Program-made: the position numbers and the translations under genes
The notes under the pieces: generated by a model
Told to the model about the DNA's origin: nothing
Databases searched by the model: none
Seen by the model: only the letters and a program-made list of their open reading frames with translations
Shown: piece by piece, positions 1 through 12,815 of the stretch
Layout: each line of letters begins with the position of its first letter
How positions within the stretch are numbered: position 1 is the stretch's first letter
DNA from: Octopus vulgaris
Lineage: Eukaryota
NCBI GenBank assembly: GCA_951406725.2
Contig: OX597825.1
Location: forward strand, 14,632,001-14,696,000
DNA: 64,000 bases
Direction of reading: 5' to 3'

Positions 1-141
1 TGGAAAACATATGTCTGTTAGAATTACACCTGTTTTATATATTTCATTTAAATTTTGAATTGAAATATTATAACAACTAAAACACAAAGAAAGTATTTTT
101 GTTATTTAAAAAAAAAACTGCAAGGAAAATTACACAAAATA

Positions 142-563
142 GGCGCAGGAGTGGCTGTGTGGTAAGTAGCTTGCTACCCAACCACATGGTTCTGGGTTCA
201 GTCCCACTGCGTGGCATCTTGGGCAAGTGACTTCTGCTATAGCCCCGGGCCGACCAATGCCTTGTGAATGGATTTGGTAGACAGAAACTGAAAGAAGCCT
301 GTCGTATATATGTATATATATATATATATACGTGTGTGTGTTTGTATTTGTGTGTCTGTGTTTGTCCCCCTAGCATTGCTTGACAACCGATGCTGGTGTG
401 TCTACGTCCCCGTCACTTAGCGGTTCGGCAAAAAGAGACAGGTAGAATAAGTACTGGGCTTACAAAGAATAAGTCCTGGGGTCGATTTGCTCGACTAAAG
501 GCGGTGCTCCAGCATGGTCGCAGTCAAATGACTGAAACAAGTAAAAGAGTAAAGAGTAAAGAG
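142..563 (+). mobile_element. tRNA-derived SINE, family A (internal TA/TG microsatellite, (GAGTAAA)n-like tail)
   Basis: Pol III A box TGGCTGTGTGG and B box GGTTCAGTCCC. Body and tail ...CAGTCAAATGACTGAAACAAGTAAAAGAG recur at 18.4, 31.6, 34.5, 38.5 and 54.6 kb. Confidence 0.9.
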
Positions 564-802
564 AAAATCTTTAGAGCTTCTCTCATTATAGAAGTCAAGT
601 AAAATCCACTTTAGATATTCATCTGTAGTGGAAAGAAAAACATACGTACACATAATTACATGTTAAAATAACTATAGGAGAACTTGCTATAAGTTATGTA
701 ATTTAGTTTAATAAAAACGTGTGTATGTGTATCTATGTGTATGTGCAGAAGTGTATGTATGTGTATGCATATATGGAACTACGCATATGTTTCTATACAC
801 AC

Positions 803-1185
<383 letters not shown>

Positions 1186-1719
1186 AGTGTATGCATGTAC
1201 ATATACATACATTCAGTAATATGCAGGCATGTTGGTATACATAAGTGTGTGTGTGTGTGTGTGTGTGTGTTTGTGTGTGCAGAATTGCATGCATACATAG
1301 CAATATATAAGTTAATCAATATCCAACGAGCTCAAATTTTTAAAATCTATTTCTTTTTAAATTTTTTGACTTTTACCATTTTCTTTTACTCTTCCACACT
1401 TTACCTTCATGATTCGCCAGGTGAATGTATATTTAACAACGCTTACCGTCTAGGTAAATATTTACAGAAAGACTATATTTAACTGAATATTTCACTGAAT
1501 ATGTTTCTGCAGCACCAACGGCTATAACTAAAATTACAGCAAATTTCAACATTATTACGTCATTACAAAAAATAATGTTTTAAGTGGGTATTATTTCTAA
1601 ACCAGACGTAATTGAAATTCAAATTAATGATACTGTCCACTGGAATTTGATTTAAACTTCGCAATGAACTCATTTCTTTCACTCTGATTTATTATTCCAT
1701 TTGAGTCATAATATTATTA

Positions 1720-2100
1720 GTGGAGGCGCAGTGGCCCAGTGCAGCGGACTCGCGGTCATAGGATCGCGGTTTCGATTCCCAGACCAGGCGTTGTGAGTGT
1801 TTATTGAGCAAAAACACCTAAAGCTCCACGATGCTCCGGCAGGGGATGGTGGTGATCCCTGCTGTACTCTTTCACCACAACTTTCTCTCCCTCTTACTTC
1901 CTCTTTCTGTTGTACCTGTATTTCAAAGGGCCGGCCTTGTCACTCTCTTGTGTCACGCTCAATATCCCCGAGAACTACGTTAAGGGTACACGTGTCTGTG
2001 GAGTGCTCAGCCACTTACACGTTAATTTCACGAGTAGGCTTTTCCATTGATCGGATCAACCGGAACCCTCGTCGTCGTAACCGACGGAGTGCTTCCATCC
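1720..2100 (+). mobile_element. tRNA-derived SINE, family B
   Basis: Head GGAGGCGCA-TGGCCCAGTG, B box GTTTCGATTCC, 3' end CCGACGGAGTGCTTCCATCC. Near-identical copies at 3437, 52533 and 58556. Confidence 0.92.
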
Positions 2101-2113
2101 AATATTTATTATA

Positions 2114-2880
2114 AGGGGGTGATGAGCTGGAAGAAGAGCGGTGAGCTGGCAAAAGGGCGGTTTAGCTGGCAGAAACGTTAGCGCGCCGGGCGAAATGCGT
2201 AGCCGTATTTCGTCTGCCGTTACGTTCTGAGTTCAAATTACTTCGAGGTCGACTTTGCCTTTCACCCTTTCGATGTCGATTAAATAATTACCAGTTACGC
2301 ATTGCGGTCGATATAATCGACTTAATCCGTTTGTCTGTCCTTGTTTGTCCTCTCTGTGTTTCGCCCCTTGTGGGTAGTAAATAAATAGGTATTTATCTGT
2401 CCTTGTTTGTCCTCTCTATCTTTAGCCCCTTGTGGGAATAAAGAAATAAATATCCCTTATAAGGGGGCGGTGTGATGGCAGAAGGGCGGTGAGCTGGCAG
2501 AATCATTAGCAAGCCGGGCAAAATGCTTAGCGGTATTTCGTCTGTCGTTATGTTCTGAGTTCAAATTCCGCCGAGGTCGACTTTGCCTTTCCTACTTTCG
2601 GTTCGATAAATTGAGTACCAGTTACGCACTGAGGTCGATATTATCGACTTAATCCGTTTGTCTGTTCTTGTTTGTCCTCTCTGTGTTTAGCCCCTTGTTG
2701 TTAGTGAAGAAATAGGTATTTCGTCTGTCTTTACGTTGTGAGTTCAAATTCCGCCGAGATCGAGTTAGCCTTTCATCTTTTTTGGCACGATTAATTAAGT
2801 ACCAGTAGCGTACTGATGTCGATCTAATCGACTGGCACCCTCCCCCAAAATTCCTGGTCTTGTGCCTAGAGTAGAAAATA
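2114..2880 (+). mobile_element. Tandem array of SINE family C (reiterated heads, three body units)
   Basis: Head GGCGGTGAGCTGGCAGAA is repeated. The core GAGTTCAAATTCCGCCGAGGTCGACTTTGCCTTTCA...GATAAATTAAGTACCAG occurs 3 times. Flanked by AATATTTATTA(T/C)AAGG at 2101-2116 and 2880-2895. Confidence 0.88.
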
Positions 2881-3142
2881 ATATTTATTACAAGGAACCA
2901 TTAAAGTTATGATTTTTTTATTGCAGCATGTTCCCAAATGAAGACATATTGGGCTCTGTCTAAGTAATGGGTCCTGTTTTATTCTCCGTCTTCTTACAGA
3001 TATTTAGAATATTGTATAATCTTCTAGCACTGCTTTTAGCAGCCCAAAGAAATAATTTACACAACGCACTCGAAAGTATAAATGCTACAATGAGTACACA
3101 GTTACCATATAACGGCTCATTGGTTATTAAACATAAAAAGGA

Positions 3143-3428
3143 GCACTCCGTCTCATACGACGACGAGGGTCCCAGCTGATACGATCAACGGAACAGCTTG
3201 CTCGTGAAATAAACGTGCAAGAGGCTGAGCACTCCACAGATACGTCTATCCTTAACGTAGTCCTCAGGGAGATTGAGCGTGACACAGAGTGTGACAAGGC
3301 TGGCCCTTTGAAATACAGGTACTACTCATTTTCGCCACCTGAGTGGACTGAAGCTACATGAAATAATGTGTCTTACGACCTTACGATCATGAGCCGAATG
3401 CCCTAACAACTCAGTCACGCGTTTTCAC
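3143..3428 (-). mobile_element. tRNA-derived SINE, D-type head and middle with family-B 3' half
   Basis: 3' half matches family B. Middle (GAGTGGACTG...GAAATAATGTGTCTT) and head match 4150-4292 and 14400-14530. Confidence 0.8.
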
Positions 3429-3436
3429 TTAAATAT

Positions 3437-3823
3437 GGATGGAAGCACTCCGTCGGTTACGACGACGAGGGTTCCGGTTGATCCGAATCAACGGAACAGC
3501 CTGCTCGTAAAATTAACGTATAAGTGGCTGAGCACTCCACAGACACGCGTACCCTTAACGTAGTTCTCGGGGATATTCAGCGTGACACAGAGAGTGTCAA
3601 GGCCGGCCCCTTGAAATACAGGTACAACAGAAACAGGAAGTAAGAGTGAGAGAAAGTTGTGGTGAAAGAGTACAGCAGGGATCACCACCATCCCCTGCCG
3701 GAGTCTCGTGGAGCTTTTGGTGTTTTCGCTCAATAAACACTCACAACGCCCGGTCTGGGAATCGAAACCGCGATCCTACGACCGCGAGTCCACTGCCCTA
3801 ACTACTGGGCCATTGCGCCTCCT
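3437..3823 (-). mobile_element. tRNA-derived SINE, family B, full length
   Basis: Reverse complement of the 58556 copy. TSD ACTTAAATAT at 3427-3436 and 3824-3833. Confidence 0.93.
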
Positions 3824-3947
3824 ACTTAAATATAACACCTCCATCACAACTGATTACGAAGAGCCAGGTAAAGTTGTATCGTTGTAAATAATGTAAATAT
3901 CAAAACTACTTTCTATAGTATTCACGTGGTTGCTACACATAGAATAA

Positions 3948-4292
3948 AGGGGGGTAAAGACCCCCTTCGGTCATGAATGACCATGGGATTGCACCTAGAA
4001 AGTTAACCTCCTAGACACAAGTCTGGGCAAGGTTGTTTATGGAAGACCAGCAGTCGCCCATGCATACCAGCCTCCCCTCTCCACGACACCAGTGTTATCC
4101 AAGGGAAAGACAAAGGTCGATACAGCTTGGCACCAGTGACGTCGCAACTCATTTCTACAGCTGAGTGAACTGGAGCAACGTGAAATAAAGTGCCTTGCTC
4201 AAGAACACAACACGCAGCCCGGTCCGGGATTCGAGCTCACAACCTCACGATCGTAAGCTCGACGCTCTAACCACTGAGCCATGCGCCTTCAC
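3948..4292 (-). mobile_element. tRNA(Arg-like)-derived SINE, family D, full length
   Basis: Minus-strand head GTGAAGGCGCATGGCTCAGTGGTTAGAGCG...CTCGAATCCC. TSD ATAGAATAA at 3939-3947 and 4293-4301. Its tail also occurs at 59595-59785. Confidence 0.9.
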
Positions 4293-5309
4293 ATAGAATA
4301 AGCTGCAGTGAAATAACTGAGAAAGAATTCCAAGTACAAGATTTTGAACAATTAAAGAGTCTAAATTGCAGAGAAACGTTAAAAAGTCTAAATTGCATAG
4401 AAACACAAGAGAAAGAGAATGCAATTCGAACCCCGGAACCGGAGCCGACAACAAGTAGGAGTACAAAAGAGAGGGATGAGACGTGGAAGGGGAAGGTAAA
4501 TCAAAAGATAACACACATATGGAATAGGAGGAAACCGGCAGGACAGAATATATGAAAGATGGTAATTTATAAGAAGAATTTAAAGATTGAAAAATAAATT
4601 GCAAAAGAAAAATTATTTAACAAGAATAAAATTTGATGAAGATTTATTTCACAGCGATGAGAAAGCAGTATTATTAGAGAGAGAAACATCATTAAATCTG
4701 CGGAAAACTGTTTGGTGCAGAAATGAAACAGGATAGTGTTTCCAGTATGATTCATTACCGAACGTGGTTCGACGACTTGGAATACATGCGGGTTATGTAG
4801 GATTCTATTAAAAGACAGAAGAAATTATGATTAATTAGAACAGTAAAACGGCAGGATCATGAATTCCTTCCCAGAGGACTCCTATAAATATATACCTGTG
4901 TGGTCCGGCCTGGAACCGGGTGCATGCTTCAATGAAGCAAGGATACTGGTCGGCCGGATAACCTGAACGAGTCTAGAAAATGTGAAACATGTGACTTTTT
5001 GTGTGTTTTAAAAAAGAAAAAAAGAATCCTGAACGTTGTGTTGTTTAATTAAGAGGTTTATTGCCTCATTGTGTTTTGGGGGAAAAGGGAAAAAAGAACA
5101 TTGTTTTAGAGAAGCGAAAGTCGGCGGGCGCTTTTCGTCTTCTCCCATCATCATCATTTTTGCATCACCATCATTCATACCATTAATGTCCATGTCCAGC
5201 CCACAAAGCCTCCATCTGTGTGATGCCCTTGTGGCAAATTATATGAAATATAGAACAGTAAAATGGAACATCTTGCTTCGGGGAACAGGTAAGCCATTGC
5301 ATTTTTCAT

Positions 5310-5642
5310 TCTTTTATTTATATTCATATTTCATACAATACGTTCAATGTACCCCATATTTTGTGTTGTCTGTCCTTGTGGCGTCCTATCTATTTTTTCA
5401 GGCTTTATGCCTATAATAAAGAAATTGCTTGGTTCGGTTGCTCTACATTCATAAGGGGCAAATACCCTGAAACTAGTCTGTAGATGCCAGACCAGCGAGG
5501 GGAAGCGGCTGACCTCTCCTGTTCGAAGGTTATAATGGACACAGGTTCGTGTGTTACATATCGAGCTAGAGGCGGTAGCCTCTTGGAGCTCATCAATGAC
5601 AGTATTCGTCCTATTTTCTTGGACTACCATGTTAGATAACTA

Positions 5643-5645
<3 letters not shown>
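5310..5645 (+). mobile_element. Probable Penelope-like element terminal repeat fragment
   Basis: Contains a minimal hammerhead-like motif (5442-5484) and ends directly on a (TA)n tract. Confidence 0.5.
5442..5484 (+). ncRNA. Degenerate minimal type I hammerhead ribozyme motif
   Basis: Stem I TCTACA/TGTAGA; core TTCATAA (3 changes from CTGATGA); stem II GGGG-caaata-CCCT; GAAA; palindromic stem III CTAG; GTC cleavage triplet ending at 5478. Confidence 0.65.
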
Positions 5646-5688
<43 letters not shown>

Positions 5689-5692
5689 TAAT

Positions 5693-5927
5693 ATATGCGC
5701 CCTTTTAAAGCCTACCCAGAATCATGGGTCCGGTTTCAATGGCGTATGCATTTCCCAGCTGGACGGGACCCCAGTCCACCGCAGCGTTATTCATTTTTGC
5801 CAGTTGAGTGGTCTGGAGCAACGTCAAATGAGGTGTTTTGCTCAAGAACACAACGCGTCGCTCGCTCCAGGAATCGAAACCACAATCTTACGATCGTGAA
5901 GCTGACCCCTAACGCTAAGCCAGGCGC

Positions 5928-5933
<6 letters not shown>
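5693..5933 (-). mobile_element. tRNA-derived SINE, D-type head with a third tail type
   Basis: Shares CTGGAGCAACG..AAAT...TTGCTCAAGAACACAAC and the tRNA-like head with 3948-4292, but has a different 3' part. Confidence 0.8.
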
Positions 5934-6005
<72 letters not shown>

Positions 6006-6039
6006 GTCTCTGTGTGTGTGTGTGTATGTATGTATACAT

Positions 6040-6094
<55 letters not shown>

Positions 6095-6125
6095 TGTGTG
6101 TGTATGTATACATACACACACACAC

Positions 6126-6178
<53 letters not shown>
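5932..6178. repeat. Compound (CA)n/(TA)n/(TG)n microsatellite
   Basis: Directly visible. Confidence 0.95.
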
Positions 6179-6180
<2 letters not shown>

Positions 6181-6491
6181 ACCATTGGAATCACCCAAGT
6201 ACTTTGGTATGATGAGTTGCAATGGATCTTCAAAGAACACTTTTATTGCCGACTGTTACAGAGACGTAATATCTGGTGTTCATCCTAAATTTCCAATGCA
6301 TATTACCTGTATATCATACCTTGTAGCAACGCTGAGTACATTGGTCGGTTAATGACCATATTGGTAGCGGAATGGACAATGATAATTTAACTGAAGTAGT
6401 TGTTCATCTGACTGCTCACACGCGATATTGGAAGAGCGTATATTCGAAACGTTAAAGACTTCTACCGTTTTTATTGAGCATTAAATTAATA

Positions 6492-6717
6492 TAGTAATCC
6501 CTTGCCATATCGCGGTTCACTTATCGCGGTTTATTATTTAAGCTTACGTCGATTCCTCCGTGGTGTTGTTTTGCATTTATGATTTTAAAAATATATACAA
6601 ATTATAAATATATGTTTTTTAAAATATATACGGTACAGAACTGTTTCTACTTCGCAAAGTTTCACTTATCGCGGTTGAGGGGTTGGAATGTAACACTGGC
6701 CATTGTGAGAGATACTG
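6492..6717. mobile_element. Tigger/pogo-like MITE
   Basis: Degenerate TIRs TA|(C)AGTAATCCCT... and ...GAGAGATACTG|TA with TA flanks, plus internal repeated TTCACTTATCGCGGTT. Confidence 0.6.
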
Positions 6718-7446
6718 TAGACTCTGATTGATATTATTTTGACCCCGCTTTGCGTTTTGTTTATTGCATTATCTGACCAACATTAAAACATATATAAGAT
6801 CACTGGTACATAAATACATAAATGTGTCTGTTTGTAGTTATATGTTTATATGACGAGAACAATTATTTTAATAGTTTTTATTTTTCTTAGCGCTATTTCA
6901 GATCTAATTATTATACTCTTACAGTATGCAAAAATAGCGTTCCTAAATTAATGTACTTCGAGGTTTTCAAAGTTGGTCTTTGCTTCTGTACTGAGTGAGA
7001 TTTATGCAAAATTTGCCTCATATTGTACCACGTAATTAAATGTATATAAGTATACGAAGCTGGCGAATACGCACGTAGCTACACAACACTATAGGTAAAA
7101 TCACTTGACTTTGATTAGTTTTTATAAACACTTCGACAAATTAAAAACTAGGTGATGAATTTCACAGGATAAAACAATTAATTAATAACGTATATTCCAA
7201 GACAATACTACACCAATCTACTGATGAATATACAAGAAGAACAGTGAAACAAATCATCAGACATTATATCTATTAAACATAAGCCTATTAGATAGAAAAT
7301 CTATTATATAAATTACATGAATATAAAATACAGAATAGTTAAACAAAAATAAAACGGACCGCAACATGAGTCACGCTGGCACTGATAACATTATATAACA
7401 ATGCAATCAACCAATCCTTATCACACACAAACATATATACACACAG

Positions 7447-7622
7447 GTGGAGGCGCAATAGCCCAGTGATTAGGGCAGCGGACTCGCGGTCATAGGATCG
7501 TGGTTTCGATTCCCAGACCAGGCGTTGTGAGTGTTTATTGAGCGAAAACACCTAAAGCTCCACGAGGCTCCGGCAGGGGATGGTGGTGAACCCTCATCGT
7601 CGTAACCGACGGAGTGCTTCCC
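7447..7622 (+). mobile_element. SINE family B with internal deletion
   Basis: Family-B head is joined to the family-B 3' end at GA(T/A)CCCT microhomology; about 220 bp are missing. Confidence 0.88.
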
Positions 7623-7638
7623 AATACACACATACATA

Positions 7639-7870
7639 TCTATTATATAAAATCCTTTCAGTCTGTGTGTGTGTCGTCTAGGATCTCGGGCATCCTCCAT
7701 CCGATTGCGCTCAAATTTGATATGTAGATACCGACGGTGTACGGGCGTGTATAAGTCTTGCAAAAAATTACAAAACTCGTTTCCGGGCGAGAATGGGATG
7801 GATAAAGCTGTGGGAACGTGCACGTTTTTTCCAGCCAAGCTTACTGTTTAAGCCATGTATGTGTTCTCCC
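7639..7870 (+). mobile_element. Non-autonomous Helitron-like 5' end
   Basis: A|TCTATTATATAAAA start, then a GTCTGTGTGTGT run and a CCGATTGCGCTCAAATTTG motif typical of Helitron/DINE-like 5' termini. The 3' end was not found. Confidence 0.55.
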
Positions 7871-8620
7871 AGTCAACAGCCTTATCATTATTGGTACTTT
7901 AAACTCTTCGGTTGCATATTTGTGTGAATAAAATCGTTTTTTCTTTGGAATAGAAAAATAATTCTATCTTTAGTTCTTCTTTGCTGGTGTCTCAAATTTA
8001 GGTTAAATCAGTGTTTCTCAAAGGGGAGGCCTATGGGACGGTCGGACAAGTTGTTTTGAGAAAATTTGGTTTAAATATTTGACAACTCAGCACCGTCCAA
8101 TGGGGGCGTTTTGCTCGTGTATATATACGTATGCATATATTTAACAGAATTTTATTGAAGGATATCATTCTTTCAGTGTTCTGTACAGATGCCGCGGGAA
8201 CAGTTAAAATAACAGAGGAATTGAACATAGATATAATTTTGTTTTTGAGGAAGCTCTCGCTTTGTAACGATCAAATGTTTCTCTTTCGGTAACGTTATTT
8301 AGTATTTAGTACACAGCATCTTTTTTTTTTTCTTTTTGAAGTTGTTTTCCCAGTCAGATCCCTGTTACTACGGGAGATAAAACTCTTATAGTGACATGGG
8401 CATCTACAGTTTGCTAAAGGTTAAACGGATGACATTTGCACATTTGAGAATGAAGTGAAACTTTGCTTTGCATTTAATAATTACTTTTTGTACCACAACG
8501 AAACATCTATTGTAGTTGAATAACAATTCGTTGAATAACAAAACGAATGTCTTAAAACTTAGGCCACATTCACTTTAATAAAGTATTCTACCAACGTTTC
8601 TGAAATAATAGTAAATCTAG

Positions 8621-8795
8621 GTATAAACAGTAGCTGCACGACAATGTGAAGTATATTTGCCACTTAAATGTGGCTAACCGCTAAGGGTGGATGCTACTGT
8701 AGCTTGTAGTCCCAGGAGAACATCTTCTCCAGCTGGCTATTGACACATGTTCTGTGCCCTATTTGCAAAGGGATGCCATCCTTCCCACCGTGGAT
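8621..8795. repeat. Interspersed repeat fragment (retroposon-like), also present at 44435-44611
   Basis: GGTATAAACA.TAGCTGCACGAC.ATGTGAAGTATATTTG...GGATGCTACTGTAGCTTGTAG.CCCAGG is shared with 44.4 kb. Confidence 0.75.
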
Positions 8796-9087
8796 AGATG
8801 GATACATACGGAATTTGTGTTTGTAAACGTATTTATCTTAATTGTACAGCATGAAGCTAATTTATATAGGAGAAACTAACTCTAGATAATTTAATTAGTT
8901 CTGTTGTTTTCACCGCTATCTCTGAACAGATTTCATTACATCAATATATTTTCAATTGAAAAAAAGCGACTTTTAAAAATGATTGTCTGTCTATTCTTAA
9001 ATAACACTTTCTATCGTACATCTATATGAAAAGAATTTATTAAAAAATTCAATTATACGTGCCTGGCAAAATTGTTTTGTCTTCTTA

Positions 9088-9181
9088 TTTCTCTCTATAT
9101 ATCTATCTATCTGTCTGTCTGTCTATCTATGTATGTATCTATCTATCCACCCATCTATCTCTCTATATATATCTATCTATT

Positions 9182-9266
<85 letters not shown>

Positions 9267-9352
9267 CTCTCTTTCTATCTATCTATATATCTATTTATCT
9301 CTCTCTATCTATATATCTATTTATCTCTCTATCTATTTATCTATTTATCTAT

Positions 9353-9400
<48 letters not shown>

Positions 9401-9430
9401 CTATCGCTCTATCTAAATATATATATCTAT
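9088..9430. repeat. (TCTA)n/(TC)n/(TA)n compound microsatellite
   Basis: Directly visible. Confidence 0.95.
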
Positions 9431-11875
9431 ATATTTTTACAGCTGTCTGTCTGCCTGTCTCTCTATGTTTTTATCTCTACTCCTTTCTCTCTGCCATTTC
9501 CGCTCTCCATCACTATCTCACTCTTTCTCTTTATCTGTATATACGCACAGGCATACGTTCATACATTCACAGACGCAGACACACCAAGATATGCACGCAC
9601 ATGCATTCGCACACGCACATAATATATACATACATACGCACACACACACACTCATATACATCTATTCGCTCACAGGCATGCATACGCATATTGCTGATAT
9701 TCAGATGCCCATTAGGGTTCGTGTTTGTAAACTACAAAGATTCCAAATATATCTGATATATTTTCACAAAGCTCTTTAAATTATTCCATATTTTCAACTG
9801 ATTCATGTTTTATGTAAATCCTTAGCTATTTCGTTATCAACAAAACGTAACTAAACGCAAGCCTAATTTAAAACATCACTGCATCTTTTGATATAAATAT
9901 ATTTATTCATTTTCCTACATCGCCAGAATCTTTTTTCAAAGCAGAAACTATTGAGAAATCAAATGGAAATATCGCAAAAAGCAAAAATACATTAAAATGT
10001 TGTTTATAAACGTGAAACCGAAACAGACCTTGAAAGGAAAGAGATGTGATGGAGCTACTGAGCTATATTTACTCTCATCATAGTTACGTACAATTAAAAT
10101 AGGCACATAACAATGGCAACATCAATGATGAGAATTGCTATTGTTATTAATAAGCGGGATGTCTAAATTTGGCACAATGTCAAATAATATATTTTATTTC
10201 TTGCAAGAAGGTTGGTCGTTTAAATCGATCCTAATATGTTGCTGTTGGTTTATTTTTGAAGATACAGAACGTGTGAGTAGGATGATAGAAGTAAACCCAA
10301 ACATGTAGGATGTCAAGTAAACTCTAGATGCATAGAGATCTTTGATCTAGTAATTTAGAAAAGCAAGAAGTAAAATATGAACAATTACAATGTATTGAAT
10401 AACAGTCAGAATATACATTCCGATAGCAATATTTATAATAATAATGATGATGATAATGATTTCATCGATACTAATGCCGTTAAGACTTTTGCTCGACGCC
10501 TTAATAATAATAATGATAATAATAATAACAACCAAAATAATAACAATAATAACGTGGATGTAAGCAACAAAATGAAAATGAAACCATTGATCAGGTTGTG
10601 TCCATGTACAGTCCTCTTGCGTCTACAGGGTATCACAACAGGCAAGATAGAGCAGTACAGTACATTTCCGCTCTAATAGTCATTTACTACAACACATGTC
10701 TGTGTTCGAACTGCCTTTGCACAGGGGCTATCTGGATTCCCGACTTCACCGTGAACCAGAATTAATCTCCCCTCTTTGCTCCTTTGAACCACATGTGCTA
10801 TCTTCCCTATTCTCTTTATGTGACTCCTCTCCTCTCTTCATCTGACACTTACTTACTCTCTTCATTTCCATCCACCTCTTCTCTCCCCTTCTTCTGACAC
10901 CTACTTCCTCTCTTCACTCCTAACCACCTCCAATCCTTTTCCAGTAACATTCTGAATTCACTAAAACAAAATACCTTATTTAAAACGTGTTTTGTTGTTG
11001 TTCCTGTTTTCAGTGATGCTGCTTCTGTTGCTGTTGTGGTTATTGGTGTGGTTAAATTTGAACGCTTGAAAGTGAATATTTCATATACTTAGGATCAGAA
11101 CTAGATTAGAATTATCTCGTGATTGATAATTGAGGTAAATCGCCAAAGATTATAACCCAATACAATAAATAAATAGCTTATCTCATAAACTTCGATAACA
11201 ATCCATATCAGCCATTTGGCACATCGAAGCTCCACATAAGCACAAACACCATACGCCTTTCGGAAAATCTTGATTAGGACCTAGAACATTTTTATTACAA
11301 GGGTACAAACACTTCCTTGCAAAATATTAATAGATGAGCTATTTAAACAAACACCCATGAGATTTACCAGTTTTTGTAGGATGAAAGTTTCGGCTCCATT
11401 TCTATTTATTTCTAATCGTAAAACAATCAAAATGAATTCTCCAAGGAATTTTCCCCAACATTTCAAAAATTCTGCGACTCAACACCTCAGATAACCCAAT
11501 TAAATGATTATCAAGCATAAAATAAATAAAAGTCTCTATTACTTTCGGTCCTATATCATAGTTAAGACACATTTATGTAGATTGAATATTCCCCGTTTAC
11601 AGATATTTTAGAACAATAACTATTAAAGAAAGATTTATGATGTATAATTAATTTAAAAACACAGAAAACTTGATTTAAATACTTTTCTATGACAGAATAT
11701 GTTTGGCTGGAGATTCGCCCATTCTAATGCGCTTCTTATAACACTCTTCTATTTACATATTCAGTAACTCGCGGAAATTTTAACGTCGACCATATCTAAT
11801 AGTCAAATTGACAGAAATTCCATATAGATTTACACTCACTTGTTCACATATATACACACACATACGCACACACAA

Positions 11876-12105
11876 GGCGGTGAGCTGACAGAACCGTTAG
11901 CACGCCGGGCGAAATGCTAAGCGGTATTTCGTCTGCCGTTACGTTGTGTGTTCAAATACCGCCGAGGTCGACTTTGCCTTTCATTCTGTCAGGGTCGATA
12001 AATTAAGTACCAGTTACGCACTGGGGTCGATGTAATCGATTTAATCATTTTGTCTGTTCTTGTTTGTTCCCTCTATGTTTAGCCCCTTGTCTGTAATAAA
12101 TAAAT
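11876..12105 (+). mobile_element. SINE family C monomer
   Basis: Same head, core and tail as 2156-2448. Confidence 0.9.
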
Positions 12106-12689
12106 ATATATATATACACATAAACACATACTTTCAGTGAGCGGTTATACACATACGCACGCACATAGACGTATGTACACGTGCATATGTCTAGAGCTTG
12201 CTCACCACTTTTGTTAATAATAGAGAGGAATAATACTGAATATTTACAGCGAATGTATTTTGATTGAAACCTAATATTTTCAAATCTTGACTCCTTCATG
12301 AAGAAAATTCATTTACTGTCGACTTCAAGGTGATAAATATACAAATGCGAAATACTTAAATTTATACTGGAAGTCAGAAATGGATTTCTGAGGTACCAGT
12401 CAACAGTGTAGTAAGTCTGCGATTGACGAATTACCTTTCCTGGATCGAGGCGGCGCTTACAAGGATTGCAATTATATATGTGAAGTGAATTAAATTCAAT
12501 ATTTTAATGGATGTAATCGGCAATAATTTATTAATTGCAATATCAAGTAGGTAATTGTGAGAAATCTAGAAAAATGAAGAATGCAAAGATTAAGGACATA
12601 TTGACATATTCTTTATCACAGAAAAAACAAAAAACAAAAACAATTCAAGGTGTTGCCTTACCTTGCGTATTTTCTCATTTCTCTCCATC

Positions 12690-12815
12690 AGTTACATAGG
12701 TTTTACTCAAACTCTTATTAGCAAATAAAATAATTTGCTAGGCGGAGTTCTCATCAGTGGCTACGCCAAAACATTAACATATAATTTAGTGATAGAATAA
12801 AAGGTGTCTCATCAT
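12690..12815 (-). mobile_element. Hammerhead-bearing repeat (Penelope-like terminus), inverted copy of 15811-15935
   Basis: Reverse complement matches 15.8-15.9 kb. CTGATGA is at 12757-12751, with stem GAACTC..TAGCAAAT/ATTTGCTA..GAGTTT; GAAA is mutated. Confidence 0.75.

Noticed and set aside
77-602. ORFs overlapping SINEs (also 1797, 3488, 34632, 38459, 52667, 54510, 58640)
   Set aside because: The similar peptides recur only because the SINE copies are homologous, and frames are not conserved between copies.
1722-1795. tRNA-like sequences at SINE heads
   Set aside because: They have A/B boxes but no complete cloverleaf and continue into SINE bodies, so they are not tRNA genes.
2156-2880. 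Repeat-spacer-like periodicity suggesting a CRISPR array
   Set aside because: The units are whole SINE bodies without unique spacers, the context is eukaryotic, and there are no cas genes.
7221-7260. CTGATGA...GAAAC hammerhead-like match
   Set aside because: No stem II, stem III or stem I pairing; it is only a short chance inverted repeat (CTGATGA/TCATCAG).
8009-8040. hAT/Charlie-like terminus CAGTGTTTCTCAA (similar CAGCGATTCCCAAC at about 53590)
   Set aside because: No matching second TIR or 8-bp TSD could be found.
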